A stretch of 64,000 bases of DNA from Candidatus Pelagibacterales bacterium (GCA_028412835.1 JAONQW010000005.1:7235-71234), one strand, 5' to 3'; positions 19,158 through 30,400 are shown, counted from the first letter of the stretch. Program-made: numbers and translations. The notes: generated from the letters alone by a model not told the origin.

Positions 19158-20009
19158 TCTTTTAATTAAACTTGATGTGTCTAGCCTGTTGTGTCCCATC
19201 TTTTGTAATTCTGAATAAAATTTATCAACAATTTTTGTTACCTCTAAATCAATTCCATATTCTTCAGCTTGATCAAAAGCAATGCCCAAATCTTTTCGCA
19301 TTAAATCAACAGCAAATCCAAAATTAAATTTATCTTCTGACATTGTTTTTAAGCGATTATCAAGCTGCCAGGACTGTGCTGCACCACCAGAAATAACATC
19401 TAAAACATCATCTGCGCTTAAATCTGTTTTTTTCATAAAGTGAACTGCTTCAGATAATCCTTGCACTAGGCCAGCAATACAAATTTGATTAATAATTTTT
19501 GTTAATTGACCTGAGCCAGAAGGACCCATATATTTAATTTTTTTTCCATAAGTTTGTAATAACTTTTCTGATTTATTGAAACTTTCAAGACTACCACCGA
19601 CCATAATACTTAGTGCTCCATTTATAGCTCCAGCTTCTCCTCCTGAAATAGGTGCATCAAGAAATGTAAGTCCTAGATTGGAGGCTTCTGTATTAATAGT
19701 TTTAACTAATTTTGGAGACACTGTTGAATGATCAATAAAAATTGAATTATAGCTAAGTAATTTAAAACAACCATTTTCTGCTGTAGTGATTTCAATTAAA
19801 TCCTCATCATTACCAATGCAAGAAATAACAAAATCATAATGACTATCAATTTCAGATAAATTTAATAAAATTGTTCCATTAAAATCTTCTATCCATTCTT
19901 TAGACTTGGAGGTAGTTCTATTATACACAGTAACATTATTAGTTTTACTAAGATGTCCAGCCATCGGGTATCCCATGGTACCCAGTCCTATAAAAAGAAT
20001 TTTATGCAT
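19146..20009 (-). CDS. NAD(P)-dependent beta-hydroxyacid dehydrogenase (3-hydroxyisobutyrate dehydrogenase family)
   Basis: FIGLGTMGYPMA, DAPISGG..GA..G.L.IMVGG, GQLTKIINQ, KDL. Confidence 0.9.
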   Translation of the reverse strand: MHKILFIGLGTMGYPMAGHLSKTNNVTVYNRTTSKSKEWIEDFNGTILLNLSEIDSHYDFVISCIGNDEDLIEITTAENGCFKLLSYNSIFIDHSTVSPKLVKTINTEASNLGLTFLDAPISGGEAGAINGALSIMVGGSLESFNKSEKLLQTYGKKIKYMGPSGSGQLTKIINQICIAGLVQGLSEAVHFMKKTDLSADDVLDVISGGAAQSWQLDNRLKTMSEDKFNFGFAVDLMRKDLGIAFDQAEEYGIDLEVTKIVDKFYSELQKMGHNRLDTSSLIKRLTD

Positions 20010-21291
20010 TAAAAATATCTGTCATTTTTTGTAATGCACTAATTGTAACAAGCAGGGGCATTCTAAATAACCTTCCACCAGGAAAGTTTTTATGTTTTAT
20101 CTTCTCAAATGTCTCTAAAGCACCCTTTTCACCTGATACAATAGAATTAGCAATAATCTTACCTGCAATGCCCGTTAATGCGACTCCGTGACCAGAAAAT
20201 CCATGGGCATAAAAAATTTTTTGACTTGATTGACCTATGTCAGGTGTTCTATTTACTGTAATTCCAACATAACCACCCCAGATATATTCTGCTTTTACAT
20301 CAGATAAGTTAGGAAATACTTTCATCATTCTACGCTCTGTATTTTTAGCAAGTTTTTCTGAATGTTTAAGAGAATAACTTACACCTCCACCAAAAATCAT
20401 TCGTTTATCATAAGATAATCGATAATAATTTAAATCAAAGTTTGTGTCACAGACACAGTAATCACTTGGGAGAATGGTTTTTTGAAGATCTTCATCTAAT
20501 GGTTTAGTAGCAATCATATAGTTAATAATTGGCATAATTTTACTTTTTATTCCTGCATCAATTTCTTCTAAATATGCATTACAGCAAAGCGCAATATTTT
20601 TAGCTTTAACAAATCCACTTGAAGTAAATACTTCTACATAGTCTTTCTCTTCACTTATCTTAATGACCTTTGAATCTTCAAATATTTCAACATTTAATGA
20701 TAATGCTGCATCTGCTAAACCTAATGCATATTTTAAGGGATGCAAATGGCCTCCTTCATGATATAAATGACCACCAAAGTATCTATCTGTTCCAACTGCT
20801 TTAGATACTTCATCTTTACTAAGTATTTTTGAGGAATGATAATCTAATTTTCTTTGAAAATAATTTATTTCATTTTCAAAATCTTGTATTTTAGCTTGAT
20901 TGGTAGCAGCAGATAAATTTCCACTTTTTTTATCACACTGAATTTCAAATTCATTTATTCTATGATCAATTAATTTTACTGCATCCAAAGATATGTCCCA
21001 TAAACTTTTAACAGTGGCAAAACCATATTTTTTCTCTAAGCTTTCTACTCCATTAGAAATGTCTGGTCCAATTTGACCACCATTTCTACCAGAAGCACCC
21101 CATGCAACTTTGTTTTGTTCAAGCAAAATTACCTTTAACCCTTTTTTTGATGCCTCAATAGCAGTAGATAAGCCTGTAAAGCCACCACCTATAATACATA
21201 AATCACATTCATAGCTGTCTTTAAGAGATGGATGATGAATGAGTTTTCTGTCTAAACTATCTATATAATAACTGTTTGGATAATCTTGCAT
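20002..21291 (-). CDS. puuB: FAD-dependent oxidoreductase, gamma-glutamylputrescine oxidase (PuuB)-like
   Basis: YPNSYY, IGGGFTGLSTA, WGASGRNGGQ, HLHPLKYALG, YYRLS, GFSGHGV, FPGG. Confidence 0.8.
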   Translation of the reverse strand: MQDYPNSYYIDSLDRKLIHHPSLKDSYECDLCIIGGGFTGLSTAIEASKKGLKVILLEQNKVAWGASGRNGGQIGPDISNGVESLEKKYGFATVKSLWDISLDAVKLIDHRINEFEIQCDKKSGNLSAATNQAKIQDFENEINYFQRKLDYHSSKILSKDEVSKAVGTDRYFGGHLYHEGGHLHPLKYALGLADAALSLNVEIFEDSKVIKISEEKDYVEVFTSSGFVKAKNIALCCNAYLEEIDAGIKSKIMPIINYMIATKPLDEDLQKTILPSDYCVCDTNFDLNYYRLSYDKRMIFGGGVSYSLKHSEKLAKNTERRMMKVFPNLSDVKAEYIWGGYVGITVNRTPDIGQSSQKIFYAHGFSGHGVALTGIAGKIIANSIVSGEKGALETFEKIKHKNFPGGRLFRMPLLVTISALQKMTDIFNA

Positions 21292-21301
21292 AATTAATTT
21301 A

Positions 21302-23524
21302 TTATATATTTTTATTATCTAATATTCTATTAAGTAAGTTTTTAGGCTGTATCTTTCCTGCTTGTGCTCTTTTTCCAATCCATGGTTTAAGATCAGAAAA
21401 AGGAATTGTTTTTTTATTTGATTTATCAAAGACAACACCTATTTTTTGGTCAAATGTAAATGCATAGTAAGTTTTCCCTGATTTAAATTTTTGTAATGTT
21501 ATTCCCCTCCCTTTTTGCATTTGGGGTATTTCAGATAATTCATAAGCTAAGAATTTTAATGATTTTTTGTCACCGCTAATAACTCCAATGAAATTGCCAG
21601 ATAATTTGCTGCAAGAAATAGATCTATCACCTTGTTTTAAGTTCATTATTCTTTTGCCTGATCTAGTTGAAGCCACTAAATCAGATGTATTAACAATGAA
21701 TCCCTTACCTGAAGTGCTTGCTATAAGATAATTTTTATTTTCATTGTAAACAAACAGTTCAACAACTTCTTCATTGTCAGATTTGTCTACGATTACACTA
21801 ACAGGCTCGCCAAAACCTCTGCCTGCTGTAATCTTTGAACAATTTAGGGTGTAGAATTTTCCAAGAGATGAAAATAAGAGAAGTTTATCATTATTTTTGC
21901 ACTGAATTATAAATTTAGACTTATCTCCATCTTTGTATTTAATGTTACTATAATCATCTTGGTGGCCTTTAATCGATTTTATCCAGCCATTATGTGAACA
22001 AATAATTGAAACTGGTTCTTTGCTGTCAAATTCGTCTACCGAATATTCAATAGCCTTATATTCATTGTTTATTATTGTTCTCCTTTTGCCAGCATATGAA
22101 GAGCTATTATATTTATCTAGTATATTATTAAATTCTTCATTCAAAATTGAAGATTGTTTTGTCTTTGATTTTAAGATTAAAATTAATTCTTTGCGATAAT
22201 TTGATAATTCTTGATACTCAAGTTTAATGTCTTTTTCTTCAAGTTTTTTAAGTTGTCTCAATCTCATTGCTAAAACAGCTTCGACCTGTCTCTTCGTAAA
22301 TCTAAAAGTAGTTATAAGTTTCTTTTCTGGATCGTTATCAGTTCTTATTATCTTAATGATTTTATCTAAGTTTTTATAAACAATTAAAAACCCTTTCAGG
22401 ATTTCAATTCTATTTTCTGCTTGAAGTAAGCGATATTTTGTTCTTCTTTTTAAAATTTCATATCTATGACCAATAAATGAATTAAGAATATCCTTAAGAT
22501 TAAAAAGCTTTGGTTCAAATTTTGCATTGATAGCGTTCATATTTATTGAAAACCTTGTTTCTAAGTCAGAAACTTTGCATATATCTTCAATAATTACATT
22601 TGCATTAATATTTCTAGTTTTAGGTAGTAATACAATTCTGATGTCCTCAGCAGATTCATCTTGAATAGTTTCAAGATAATTAATCTTTTTATTATCAATA
22701 AGTTCAGAAATTTTTTCTATTATTCTTGATTTATTAACTTGATAAGGGATTTCCGTGATAATAATCTGATACTGTCCTCTACCAAGACTCTCCTCATGCC
22801 ATTTGGCTCTTAATCTTAACGAACCTTTACCTTTTGAATACGCCTCTTTTATTGAAGAATTACTATCTATAATTTCTCCACCCGTTGGAAAATCTGGCCC
22901 AGGAATAAGTGTCATTAGTTGGCCTGTTGTCGTTTGAGGTTTTTTTAAAAGTTTAATTAGAGCTTTGGCGACCTCACCTATATTGTGGGGAGGTATATTT
23001 GTTGCCATACCAACAGCTATTCCTGACGAACCATTAGCAATAAGATTAGGGAACGCACATGGCAAAACCATTGGTTCACTATCAGTTCCATCATAAGTTT
23101 TAATAAAGTCTACTGTATCCTCAGCAATATCTTGTAACATCAATTCAGAAATTGATGTTAATTTAGCTTCGGTATAACGCATTGCTGCTGCATTATCGCC
23201 ATCAATATTTCCAAAATTTCCTTGACCATCTATTAATTGATATCGAGTTGAAAAATCTTGAGCAAGTCTCACTAGTGCATCATAAACAGATTGATCACCA
23301 TGAGGATGATATTTACCAATTACATCTCCAACAATCCTAGCTGATTTTTTGAATCCTGTACCTGAACCTAGTCTCAGTTGAGACATAGCATATAGTAGCC
23401 TACGATGTACTGGTTTTAGACCATCTCTTACATCGGGTAACGCTCTATGAGTTATTGTTGATAAAGCATAAGCTAAATACCTCTCTTCTAATGCCCAGGC
23501 AAATTGTATTTTTTTTTCTCTCAT
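21302..23524 (-). CDS. parC: DNA topoisomerase IV subunit A
   Basis: [35 protein letters not shown]; follows recO. Confidence 0.96.
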   Translation of the reverse strand: MREKKIQFAWALEERYLAYALSTITHRALPDVRDGLKPVHRRLLYAMSQLRLGSGTGFKKSARIVGDVIGKYHPHGDQSVYDALVRLAQDFSTRYQLIDGQGNFGNIDGDNAAAMRYTEAKLTSISELMLQDIAEDTVDFIKTYDGTDSEPMVLPCAFPNLIANGSSGIAVGMATNIPPHNIGEVAKALIKLLKKPQTTTGQLMTLIPGPDFPTGGEIIDSNSSIKEAYSKGKGSLRLRAKWHEESLGRGQYQIIITEIPYQVNKSRIIEKISELIDNKKINYLETIQDESAEDIRIVLLPKTRNINANVIIEDICKVSDLETRFSINMNAINAKFEPKLFNLKDILNSFIGHRYEILKRRTKYRLLQAENRIEILKGFLIVYKNLDKIIKIIRTDNDPEKKLITTFRFTKRQVEAVLAMRLRQLKKLEEKDIKLEYQELSNYRKELILILKSKTKQSSILNEEFNNILDKYNSSSYAGKRRTIINNEYKAIEYSVDEFDSKEPVSIICSHNGWIKSIKGHQDDYSNIKYKDGDKSKFIIQCKNNDKLLLFSSLGKFYTLNCSKITAGRGFGEPVSVIVDKSDNEEVVELFVYNENKNYLIASTSGKGFIVNTSDLVASTRSGKRIMNLKQGDRSISCSKLSGNFIGVISGDKKSLKFLAYELSEIPQMQKGRGITLQKFKSGKTYYAFTFDQKIGVVFDKSNKKTIPFSDLKPWIGKRAQAGKIQPKNLLNRILDNKNI

Positions 23525-23530
23525 AACAAC

Positions 23531-24253
23531 TTAAATTATAAACATATCTTTAAGGCGATTCCTTGATTCAGGGAAATGTAGATTATTTGGAAGAAAAAAC
23601 CACTTCTTCAAAAAAAATTCACTTAAATTTAGGCCATCTAAAACATCTTCTTTAGAGTATATAATTTTATGATCAATTAAAAAACTAGGAAGCTTTAGTA
23701 GTTTACTCTTGTAATCACCCGCACCTATTTCAGTTACTGCTGATCCAGTTGATGGTGATACAAAAACTAAATTATCTTTTTCACTAGTTACTGCACATTT
23801 GGATAAATCTAGACCATATCCAATTTCAGTAAGCAAGTTTAGTTCCCATATTATATAATCTTTTATCCAATCATTTCTTCCTGAAGTAAGTATTTGAATT
23901 AGAGATTTCAAACCATAATAAATATTTTCATTAGGTTGTTTCTCTGCAAGAGTATTTGTAATTAAGCTACAAGCTGATGTAAGCGCACATAATTTTTCTT
24001 TTTCTGCTAAAATTAGAGAAGACCATGATTTAATGCCTTCAATAGAATAGTTTCCAAGGTGAGTTTCTAATCTTCCTGACCAGTGAGCTGTAATTTCATT
24101 GCCAGGCTCAATAATAGATCTTAAATTTTTTGAATGAACTCCTCTTATAAGTCCTTTATGCTTGCCATGCTCCCGAGTTAATACTTCTAGGATATAAGAT
24201 TTTTCATTATGAGGCTTTAGACTTAAAACAAAACCTTCACTAGACCATCTCAC
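23531..24253 (-). CDS. recO: DNA repair protein RecO
   Basis: LTREHG, GRLETHLG, ELNLL..IGYGLDLSKCAVT, VSPSTG; GTG start overlapping era stop. Confidence 0.93.
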   Translation of the reverse strand: MRWSSEGFVLSLKPHNEKSYILEVLTREHGKHKGLIRGVHSKNLRSIIEPGNEITAHWSGRLETHLGNYSIEGIKSWSSLILAEKEKLCALTSACSLITNTLAEKQPNENIYYGLKSLIQILTSGRNDWIKDYIIWELNLLTEIGYGLDLSKCAVTSEKDNLVFVSPSTGSAVTEIGAGDYKSKLLKLPSFLIDHKIIYSKEDVLDGLNLSEFFLKKWFFLPNNLHFPESRNRLKDMFII

Positions 24254-25098
24254 GATTTATTTATATTAGTTAATTTTACAAACAAAAAAAGGTTTACTTT
24301 TTTATTTAAGAACTTAGAAATTTCTCTTCTAGAAGACTCTCCAATTGATTTTAAATTACTACCTTTATTACCAACTACAATATACTTATGCGATTTTTTA
24401 TTAATATGTATTGTTTGATGAATAGTTACTGTATTTTTAGAATTTGAAATCTTATCAGTTGTAATCTTACATTCATATGGAATTTCCTTGTGTGTTCTAT
24501 CATAAACTTTTTCTCTAGTAACCTCTGAATAGTAAACATCTTTTTTCACAAATAAAGTTTTCTTATTGGAAAATTTTTTCTCACCTTTTGGGAGATATTT
24601 TTTAATATTATCTAACATTTCGTCCACGCCATCACCAGTCAGTGCTGAAATTGGAAAAATTTCTTGAAATAGATTCATATCACCCAAATCTTTAATCTTT
24701 TCAAGAATTGTTTCTCGATTAACTTTGTCAATTTTATTAAGTACTAAAAATATTTTAGATGTATTGTTTGATTCATTTAAAGTTTTAATAATCTTATTTA
24801 TTTCATTATTTTTAGTTGAACCTGAGTCTACGACAACTAAAACTATATTAGCTTCGTCAATTGCAGAAAAAGCAGTATTAGTCATTTTATTGCTTATTTT
24901 AGTTTTTGCAGAGTAAATTCCAGGCGTATCTTGAAGTATAAATTCAGTTTCTGAAATATTTTTTACTGCCTTTTGATTAAAAGTAGTCGATTGTTTTTTT
25001 CTTGAAACCATTGATACTCTTTTGCCAACTATTTGATTTACTAGTGTAGATTTTCCTGAGTTGGTTGCACCTAAGAGTAAAATAGTACCACTTTTCAT
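24250..25098 (-). CDS. era: GTPase Era
   Basis: GATNSGKST, DTPG, NKID, ISA, EIPY, KH domain; rnc-era-recO order. Confidence 0.92.
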   Translation of the reverse strand: MKSGTILLLGATNSGKSTLVNQIVGKRVSMVSRKKQSTTFNQKAVKNISETEFILQDTPGIYSAKTKISNKMTNTAFSAIDEANIVLVVVDSGSTKNNEINKIIKTLNESNNTSKIFLVLNKIDKVNRETILEKIKDLGDMNLFQEIFPISALTGDGVDEMLDNIKKYLPKGEKKFSNKKTLFVKKDVYYSEVTREKVYDRTHKEIPYECKITTDKISNSKNTVTIHQTIHINKKSHKYIVVGNKGSNLKSIGESSRREISKFLNKKVNLFLFVKLTNINKS

Positions 25099-25102
25099 AT
25101 GA

Positions 25103-25771
25103 TTATATTTCTAGGCTATTTATATTAATAAATTCAATAGCAGCTTTTTTTTCAGCTTCTTTAATATTTCCTGATACTGCTTCAGCCACTTTATAATCAT
25201 TAAACTGAACTTTGACTGTAAAAGTTGGTGAATGAGCTGGACCCTCTTGTTTGGCAACCTTATAATCAGGAAGTTTTTTGTATTTCTTCAAGCTCCATTC
25301 TTGCAGTGCAGATTTAGGATCTTTGAAATTAATATCTATCGAATTTATTGATTTTAGCCAATTATTATTAATGAAATCTTGTGCAGCTGAATAACCACCA
25401 TCTAAGTAAATAGAGGCAATTAGAGCTTCACATGCATCAGCTAATATTCCAGATTTATACTTACCTTCAGAAGCAATTTCAGTTTTTCCTAGAATTAAAT
25501 ATTCACCTAAACCTATATGTGTTGCAACCTCTGCACATTTATCTTTATTCACTAGAGTGCTGAAAATTTTATCTAAATTTCCTTCGGAAAGATCAATATA
25601 TTTCAGTATTAATATTTCTGATATAATTAAACCTAATACACGATCTCCTAGAAATTCATACTGTTCGTTATGTTCTGATAACCCTGTACTTTTATGTGTA
25701 AGAGCTCTTTTTATGATATTTTTATTTTCAAATATATATGAAATTTTTTTTTCTAAGAATTCAATTTTCAT
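25103..25771 (-). CDS. rnc: ribonuclease III
   Basis: ALTHKS, EFLGDRVL, ADACEA..IYLD, dsRBD DPKSALQE. Confidence 0.96.
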   Translation of the reverse strand: MKIEFLEKKISYIFENKNIIKRALTHKSTGLSEHNEQYEFLGDRVLGLIISEILILKYIDLSEGNLDKIFSTLVNKDKCAEVATHIGLGEYLILGKTEIASEGKYKSGILADACEALIASIYLDGGYSAAQDFINNNWLKSINSIDINFKDPKSALQEWSLKKYKKLPDYKVAKQEGPAHSPTFTVKVQFNDYKVAEAVSGNIKEAEKKAAIEFININSLEI

Positions 25772-25773
25772 AA

Positions 25774-26508
25774 TTATTTAATGATTTTAAATATTCTATT
25801 AAGCTGAATATCAAATGGCCATTTCCAAAATTCTAATATAGTAGAACCACCTTCGGTTGCAAAAAATATTATTTGTGCTTTACCAACTAAATTATCCTTA
25901 GGGACTGAGCCTATAAATCTACTGTCTTTTGAATTGTCTCTATTATCACCCATAAAAAAATACATTTCATCTGGAACTATAAAAATTTTTGTGTTGTCTG
26001 CCCTAGTATTACCCATATCATATGTTTCATAAGAAACTCCATTGGGTAAAGTTTCTTTATAAACTGAAGCTCTAACTATCTGGCCTTTGTTAATTATCTT
26101 AGTTTCATCGCGTATTTTTTCTCTAATTACAGCAATATCGTTTAAATATAATATTCCATTTACCATCTGCAGCTTATCGCCAGGTAATCCCACAAGCCTT
26201 TTTATATAATCTATCTTTAAATTCTCAGGAGTTTTAAAAACTACTGTATCTCCACGTTCAGGCTCTGAAAATAAAACTCTATTTGGAATTAATGGTATAC
26301 TAAATGGTAAAGAATGCTTGCTGTATCCATATGTAAATTTTGACACAAATATTCTATCTCCAACCAATAGTGATGGCTCCATAGAAGATGAAGGTATAAA
26401 AAATGCTTGGAAAAGAAAAGTTCTTATTACTAAAGCTATTAATACTGCATATATTAGTGATAACGCATTTGATTTTATCCATTCGCTAGATGATGATTTA
26501 TCTACCAT
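25774..26508 (-). CDS. lepB: signal peptidase I
   Basis: IPSSSM.P.L, DYIKR, MGDNRDNSKDSR; ATG 26508 preferred. Confidence 0.97.
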   Translation of the reverse strand: MVDKSSSSEWIKSNALSLIYAVLIALVIRTFLFQAFFIPSSSMEPSLLVGDRIFVSKFTYGYSKHSLPFSIPLIPNRVLFSEPERGDTVVFKTPENLKIDYIKRLVGLPGDKLQMVNGILYLNDIAVIREKIRDETKIINKGQIVRASVYKETLPNGVSYETYDMGNTRADNTKIFIVPDEMYFFMGDNRDNSKDSRFIGSVPKDNLVGKAQIIFFATEGGSTILEFWKWPFDIQLNRIFKIIK

Positions 26509-26509
26509 T

Positions 26510-26899
26510 TTAATTACTTTCAATAACTACAATTGCATGAGCGTAAGGATACTCATCAGTAATAGTAAGGTTGACAGATGCTTCTTTCTTCTTTGACATA
26601 AGAGACTCTAAATGATTTTTAGCATTGCCATGAAAAATTATTGTTGGTTGTCCCGAAATAAGATTAATCACTTCTAAGTCTTTCCAAAAAATACCTTTTC
26701 TAAAACCAGTACCTAAAGCTTTAGACGCTGCTTCTTTTGCTGCAAATCGTTTAGCATAACAATTGATAGATAATTTTCTTGATTCACACTTTTTAATTTC
26801 ACTCTCAGTAAAAATTCTTTTTTTAAATCTATTGCCAAAACGGCTAATAGTCTTTTCTATTCTTCGAATATCTAGTATATCAGTTCCAATACCTATCAT
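26510..26899 (-). CDS. acpS: holo-ACP synthase
   Basis: GIGTDI, RFAAKEA..KALGTG. Confidence 0.97.
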   Translation of the reverse strand: MIGIGTDILDIRRIEKTISRFGNRFKKRIFTESEIKKCESRKLSINCYAKRFAAKEAASKALGTGFRKGIFWKDLEVINLISGQPTIIFHGNAKNHLESLMSKKKEASVNLTITDEYPYAHAIVVIESN

Positions 26900-26902
26900 T
26901 AA

Positions 26903-27634
26903 TTAACTTTCTAGTATTAAAGACTTAATATCTTTAATAGCTTTTTCTAAGCCTATAAATATTGACTCGCCAATAATAAAATGGCCTATGTTAAATTCTT
27001 TAATGATGTCAATTTTTGCAAGGGCTTTTATTGATCTATTCGTGATACCATGGCCAGCATGAACTTCTAAATTAATACTATCTGCATAATTAGCCATTTT
27101 AATAATTCTATCTAATTCTTCATTGGCGTTTGAACTATCTGTTTCAATCAATTGACAATATTTCCCAGTATGAATCTCAATAATATCAGCGCCGATTTTT
27201 TTACTATTATCTATATGAGTCTGATCAGCATCAACAAATAAGGAAACTCGAGAGCCATTATTCTTTATTTTAGATGTATATTCTTTTAAAATTTCAAAAT
27301 TTCTTATTGTATCTATACCCCCTTCAGTTGTAATTTCTTCTCTTTTTTCTGGAACAATGCAGCATGAATTAGGTTTACAATTTAATGCTAAGGAAAGCAT
27401 TTCCACAGTTGCAGCCATTTCTAAATTTAGTGGGATCTTTAAGTTATTAATTAAATCATCAATATCTTTATCTTGTATGTGTCTTCTATCTTCTCTTAGA
27501 TGTGCTGTAATACCATCTGCACCATACATCTCTGCATCTAATGCTGCACGTAATGGACTAGGGTATATTTCTCCACGTGCATTTCTTACAGTTGCAACGT
27601 GGTCAATATTAACACCTAATCTTGCATTGGACAT
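26903..27634 (-). CDS. pdxJ: pyridoxine 5'-phosphate synthase
   Basis: LGVNIDHVATVRNAR, HLREDRRHI, TTEGG, HAGHG; start moved to ATG 27634. Confidence 0.97.
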   Translation of the reverse strand: MSNARLGVNIDHVATVRNARGEIYPSPLRAALDAEMYGADGITAHLREDRRHIQDKDIDDLINNLKIPLNLEMAATVEMLSLALNCKPNSCCIVPEKREEITTEGGIDTIRNFEILKEYTSKIKNNGSRVSLFVDADQTHIDNSKKIGADIIEIHTGKYCQLIETDSSNANEELDRIIKMANYADSINLEVHAGHGITNRSIKALAKIDIIKEFNIGHFIIGESIFIGLEKAIKDIKSLILES

Positions 27635-27638
27635 AATA

Positions 27639-28223
27639 CTATATAACTCTACTACCTGGCTTAATTGGATCAATCACCCTAAGTTCATCTGGTAAAGAAT
27701 TTTCATCATAAATAGGGATATCTAACTCATATATAGATATAGGTTTTTTAATTGCACTTTCTGAATTGGTTCTATCAATTAAACAAGCAACTGCCAAAAG
27801 ATTAACACCGATCTTGTTTAATTCATGAATACACTCATTAGCAGATTTGCCTGTAGTAATAACATCTTCAACTAATAAGACGTTGGCACCAGCCTGGATT
27901 TCAAAGCCTCTTCTTAGCTTAAAAACTTTATCTACTCTTTCATAAAAAATAGATTTTGCTTTTAGTTGCCTTGCTAATTCATATCCAACCAATATTCCAC
28001 CCATTGCTGGAGCTACTATGTAATCAATCTTACGATCAATTGCATTTAGAACTTTATTAGCAAGCTCTATGCAAATTTTTTCTGCAATTTCAGGCAGTAT
28101 AAATAATTTAGCACACTGACAGTAAGTAGCTGATCTCTTTCCCGATGAAAGAATAAAATGACCATGCTGAATTGCTCCCGTCTCTTCAAGTGTACTGATT
28201 ATTTCATTTTTTTTCATATTCAA
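27639..28223 (-). CDS. pyrE: orotate phosphoribosyltransferase
   Basis: GHFILSSG, PAMGG, LVEDVITTG, KPGSR. Confidence 0.95.
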   Translation of the reverse strand: MNMKKNEIISTLEETGAIQHGHFILSSGKRSATYCQCAKLFILPEIAEKICIELANKVLNAIDRKIDYIVAPAMGGILVGYELARQLKAKSIFYERVDKVFKLRRGFEIQAGANVLLVEDVITTGKSANECIHELNKIGVNLLAVACLIDRTNSESAIKKPISIYELDIPIYDENSLPDELRVIDPIKPGSRVI

Positions 28224-30343
28224 TTTATAAATAGTCTTTTGACCATGCTAACTCTATTAAGTTCCTTTAGATTGTTTATAATTTTATTTAAATGGTCTAA
28301 ATTTTTTAAATTCATTTCAAATATCATATCAAAATAATCATTACTTTTCTCAGAAATATTTAAATTTATAATATTACCGCCTTGTTCACCGATATGAGTA
28401 GCTAGCATACCAAGTGAACCTGGTTCATTTACAACAGAAACTTTTATTCTGGATGTAAATAATTGTTTTTCACTAATATCTTTCCAAGTAGCAGAAAGCC
28501 ATGAGTCCTCTGTAAAATCTTCATTAAGTTTTTTACAGTTAGAGTTGTGGATAATGATGCCAACATCGATCTCTGATACACCAATAATATTTTCATTTGG
28601 TAATGGTAAACAACATTCTGCAAAATGAACTGCTAAACCTGATTGTAATCCCTTAATTTCTAAAGGGAGCTCTTGATTAGGGTTTTTTCTATATCGCGTA
28701 AAAAAAGACAGTCTTTTTCTTGGTTTAAATTTTACTATTTCTTTATTCTTTATGTGACCTCTTCCAACAGAAATCATTAGTTCATTTAGAGATTTTTTCT
28801 TAAATTTATTCATCATTTCATTAGAGATGTCTTCAGGTAAATCTTTTGTGAATCCAAGTGAATTTAATAAAATTCTTTTTCCTAAATCTAAAAAATCGCT
28901 ATTCTCTTGTTTCCTAAAATATCGTTTAATCGATGTTTGAGCTTTTGCTGTAGTAGCAATATTTTCCCAAACCTCCGATGGCTCTTGACCTTTAGAGATT
29001 AGAATTTCTACCTCATCACCATTTTGTAGCTTAGTAAATAAGGGTTGAGATTTTCCATTAACTTTGCACCCGACACACATATTGCCTATTTCTGAATGCA
29101 GGGCATAGGCAAAATCAATAGGATTAGAATTAATTGGTAGATGTATTAAATCACCTTTAGGAGTAAAACAAAAAACTTGTTGTTGAAACATTTCAAGTTT
29201 GGTTGCTTCGAGTAATTCTTCAGATGTAGCTCCAGAATCTAGTATGTCTACTAAATCTCTTAACCAAGTCACGTTAATTGGGTCTGAAGATGAGTCGTCT
29301 ACTAAATTATAATTATCTTTATATTGCCAATGTGCAGCAATACCTCGGTCAGCTATTTCACTCATTTCTTTAGTTCTAATCTGAAGCTCTACTCTTTGTC
29401 TTTGTGGTCCGACAATTGTTGTATGTAATGAACTATAATTATTTATTTTTGGTGTAGAAATATAATCCTTAAACGAACCTGGTACTACTGACCACTTGGA
29501 ATGAATTAAACCTAGTGCTTTATAGCATTCACTTTTATCTGAAGTAATTATTCTATAAGCAAAAATATCAGATAACTGTCTAAAGGCAATTTCCTTACGC
29601 TGCATTTTGTTCCAAATTGAATAAATTCTTTTCTCTCTACCAACAACCTCACATATAATATCTTCATCAATTAATAAGTTAATTATTTGAATCTTAATTT
29701 TTTCTGTAAGGTTGCTACTGCTATTTTTAAGATAATCAACTCTATTTTTTATTGAGTTATAAGCGGCTTCATTTAAAATCTGAAAAGACAAATCTTCAAG
29801 TTCATCTCTAAATGACTGCATCCCAAGCCTACCAGCTAGAGGCGCGTAGATTTCCATTGTTTCCAGAGCTATTCTTTTACGTTTTTCTTCATTCGGCACA
29901 AAACTAATTGTTCTCATATTGTGTAGTCTGTCAGCTAGCTTTACTAACAAAACTCTAATATCCTTTGATACAGCAAGTATTAATTTTCTAAAGTTTTCAG
30001 CTTGGTTTTTAATATCTGAATGCGTTTTCATTTTTGATATCTTAGTCACACCATCGACTAAAGATGCTATTTCATCTCCAAATTTTATTTTTAATTCTTC
30101 CATTGATGCAGGAGTATCTTCTACAGTATCGTGCAATAGACCTGTAATAATTGTAGCTGTATCTAATTTTAAATTAGTAAGTATTTCAGCAACTTTAACT
30201 GGGTGAGAAATATATGGGTCTCCTGAGTACCTTTTTTGTGATTTGTGCGCCTCTAAAGCAAAAAAATAAGCTTTTTCAATTAAAGATTGATTACCATCAC
30301 TATCTTTAGACTTAATGCTTTTTATAAAGTCTGGTTGCTGCAT
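28220..30343 (-). CDS. spoT: bifunctional (p)ppGpp synthetase/hydrolase (long RSH)
   Basis: LLHDTVED, KLADRLHNMRT, KDYISTPK, YSSLHT, TGS DFAYALH, C-terminal ACT. Confidence 0.96.
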   Translation of the reverse strand: MQQPDFIKSIKSKDSDGNQSLIEKAYFFALEAHKSQKRYSGDPYISHPVKVAEILTNLKLDTATIITGLLHDTVEDTPASMEELKIKFGDEIASLVDGVTKISKMKTHSDIKNQAENFRKLILAVSKDIRVLLVKLADRLHNMRTISFVPNEEKRKRIALETMEIYAPLAGRLGMQSFRDELEDLSFQILNEAAYNSIKNRVDYLKNSSSNLTEKIKIQIINLLIDEDIICEVVGREKRIYSIWNKMQRKEIAFRQLSDIFAYRIITSDKSECYKALGLIHSKWSVVPGSFKDYISTPKINNYSSLHTTIVGPQRQRVELQIRTKEMSEIADRGIAAHWQYKDNYNLVDDSSSDPINVTWLRDLVDILDSGATSEELLEATKLEMFQQQVFCFTPKGDLIHLPINSNPIDFAYALHSEIGNMCVGCKVNGKSQPLFTKLQNGDEVEILISKGQEPSEVWENIATTAKAQTSIKRYFRKQENSDFLDLGKRILLNSLGFTKDLPEDISNEMMNKFKKKSLNELMISVGRGHIKNKEIVKFKPRKRLSFFTRYRKNPNQELPLEIKGLQSGLAVHFAECCLPLPNENIIGVSEIDVGIIIHNSNCKKLNEDFTEDSWLSATWKDISEKQLFTSRIKVSVVNEPGSLGMLATHIGEQGGNIINLNISEKSNDYFDMIFEMNLKNLDHLNKIINNLKELNRVSMVKRLFIN

Positions 30344-30400
30344 AAAGTACTTTTAACCATGAATTTGAATATAAAGGAATAGCTAAAAATAGCCTAAATA

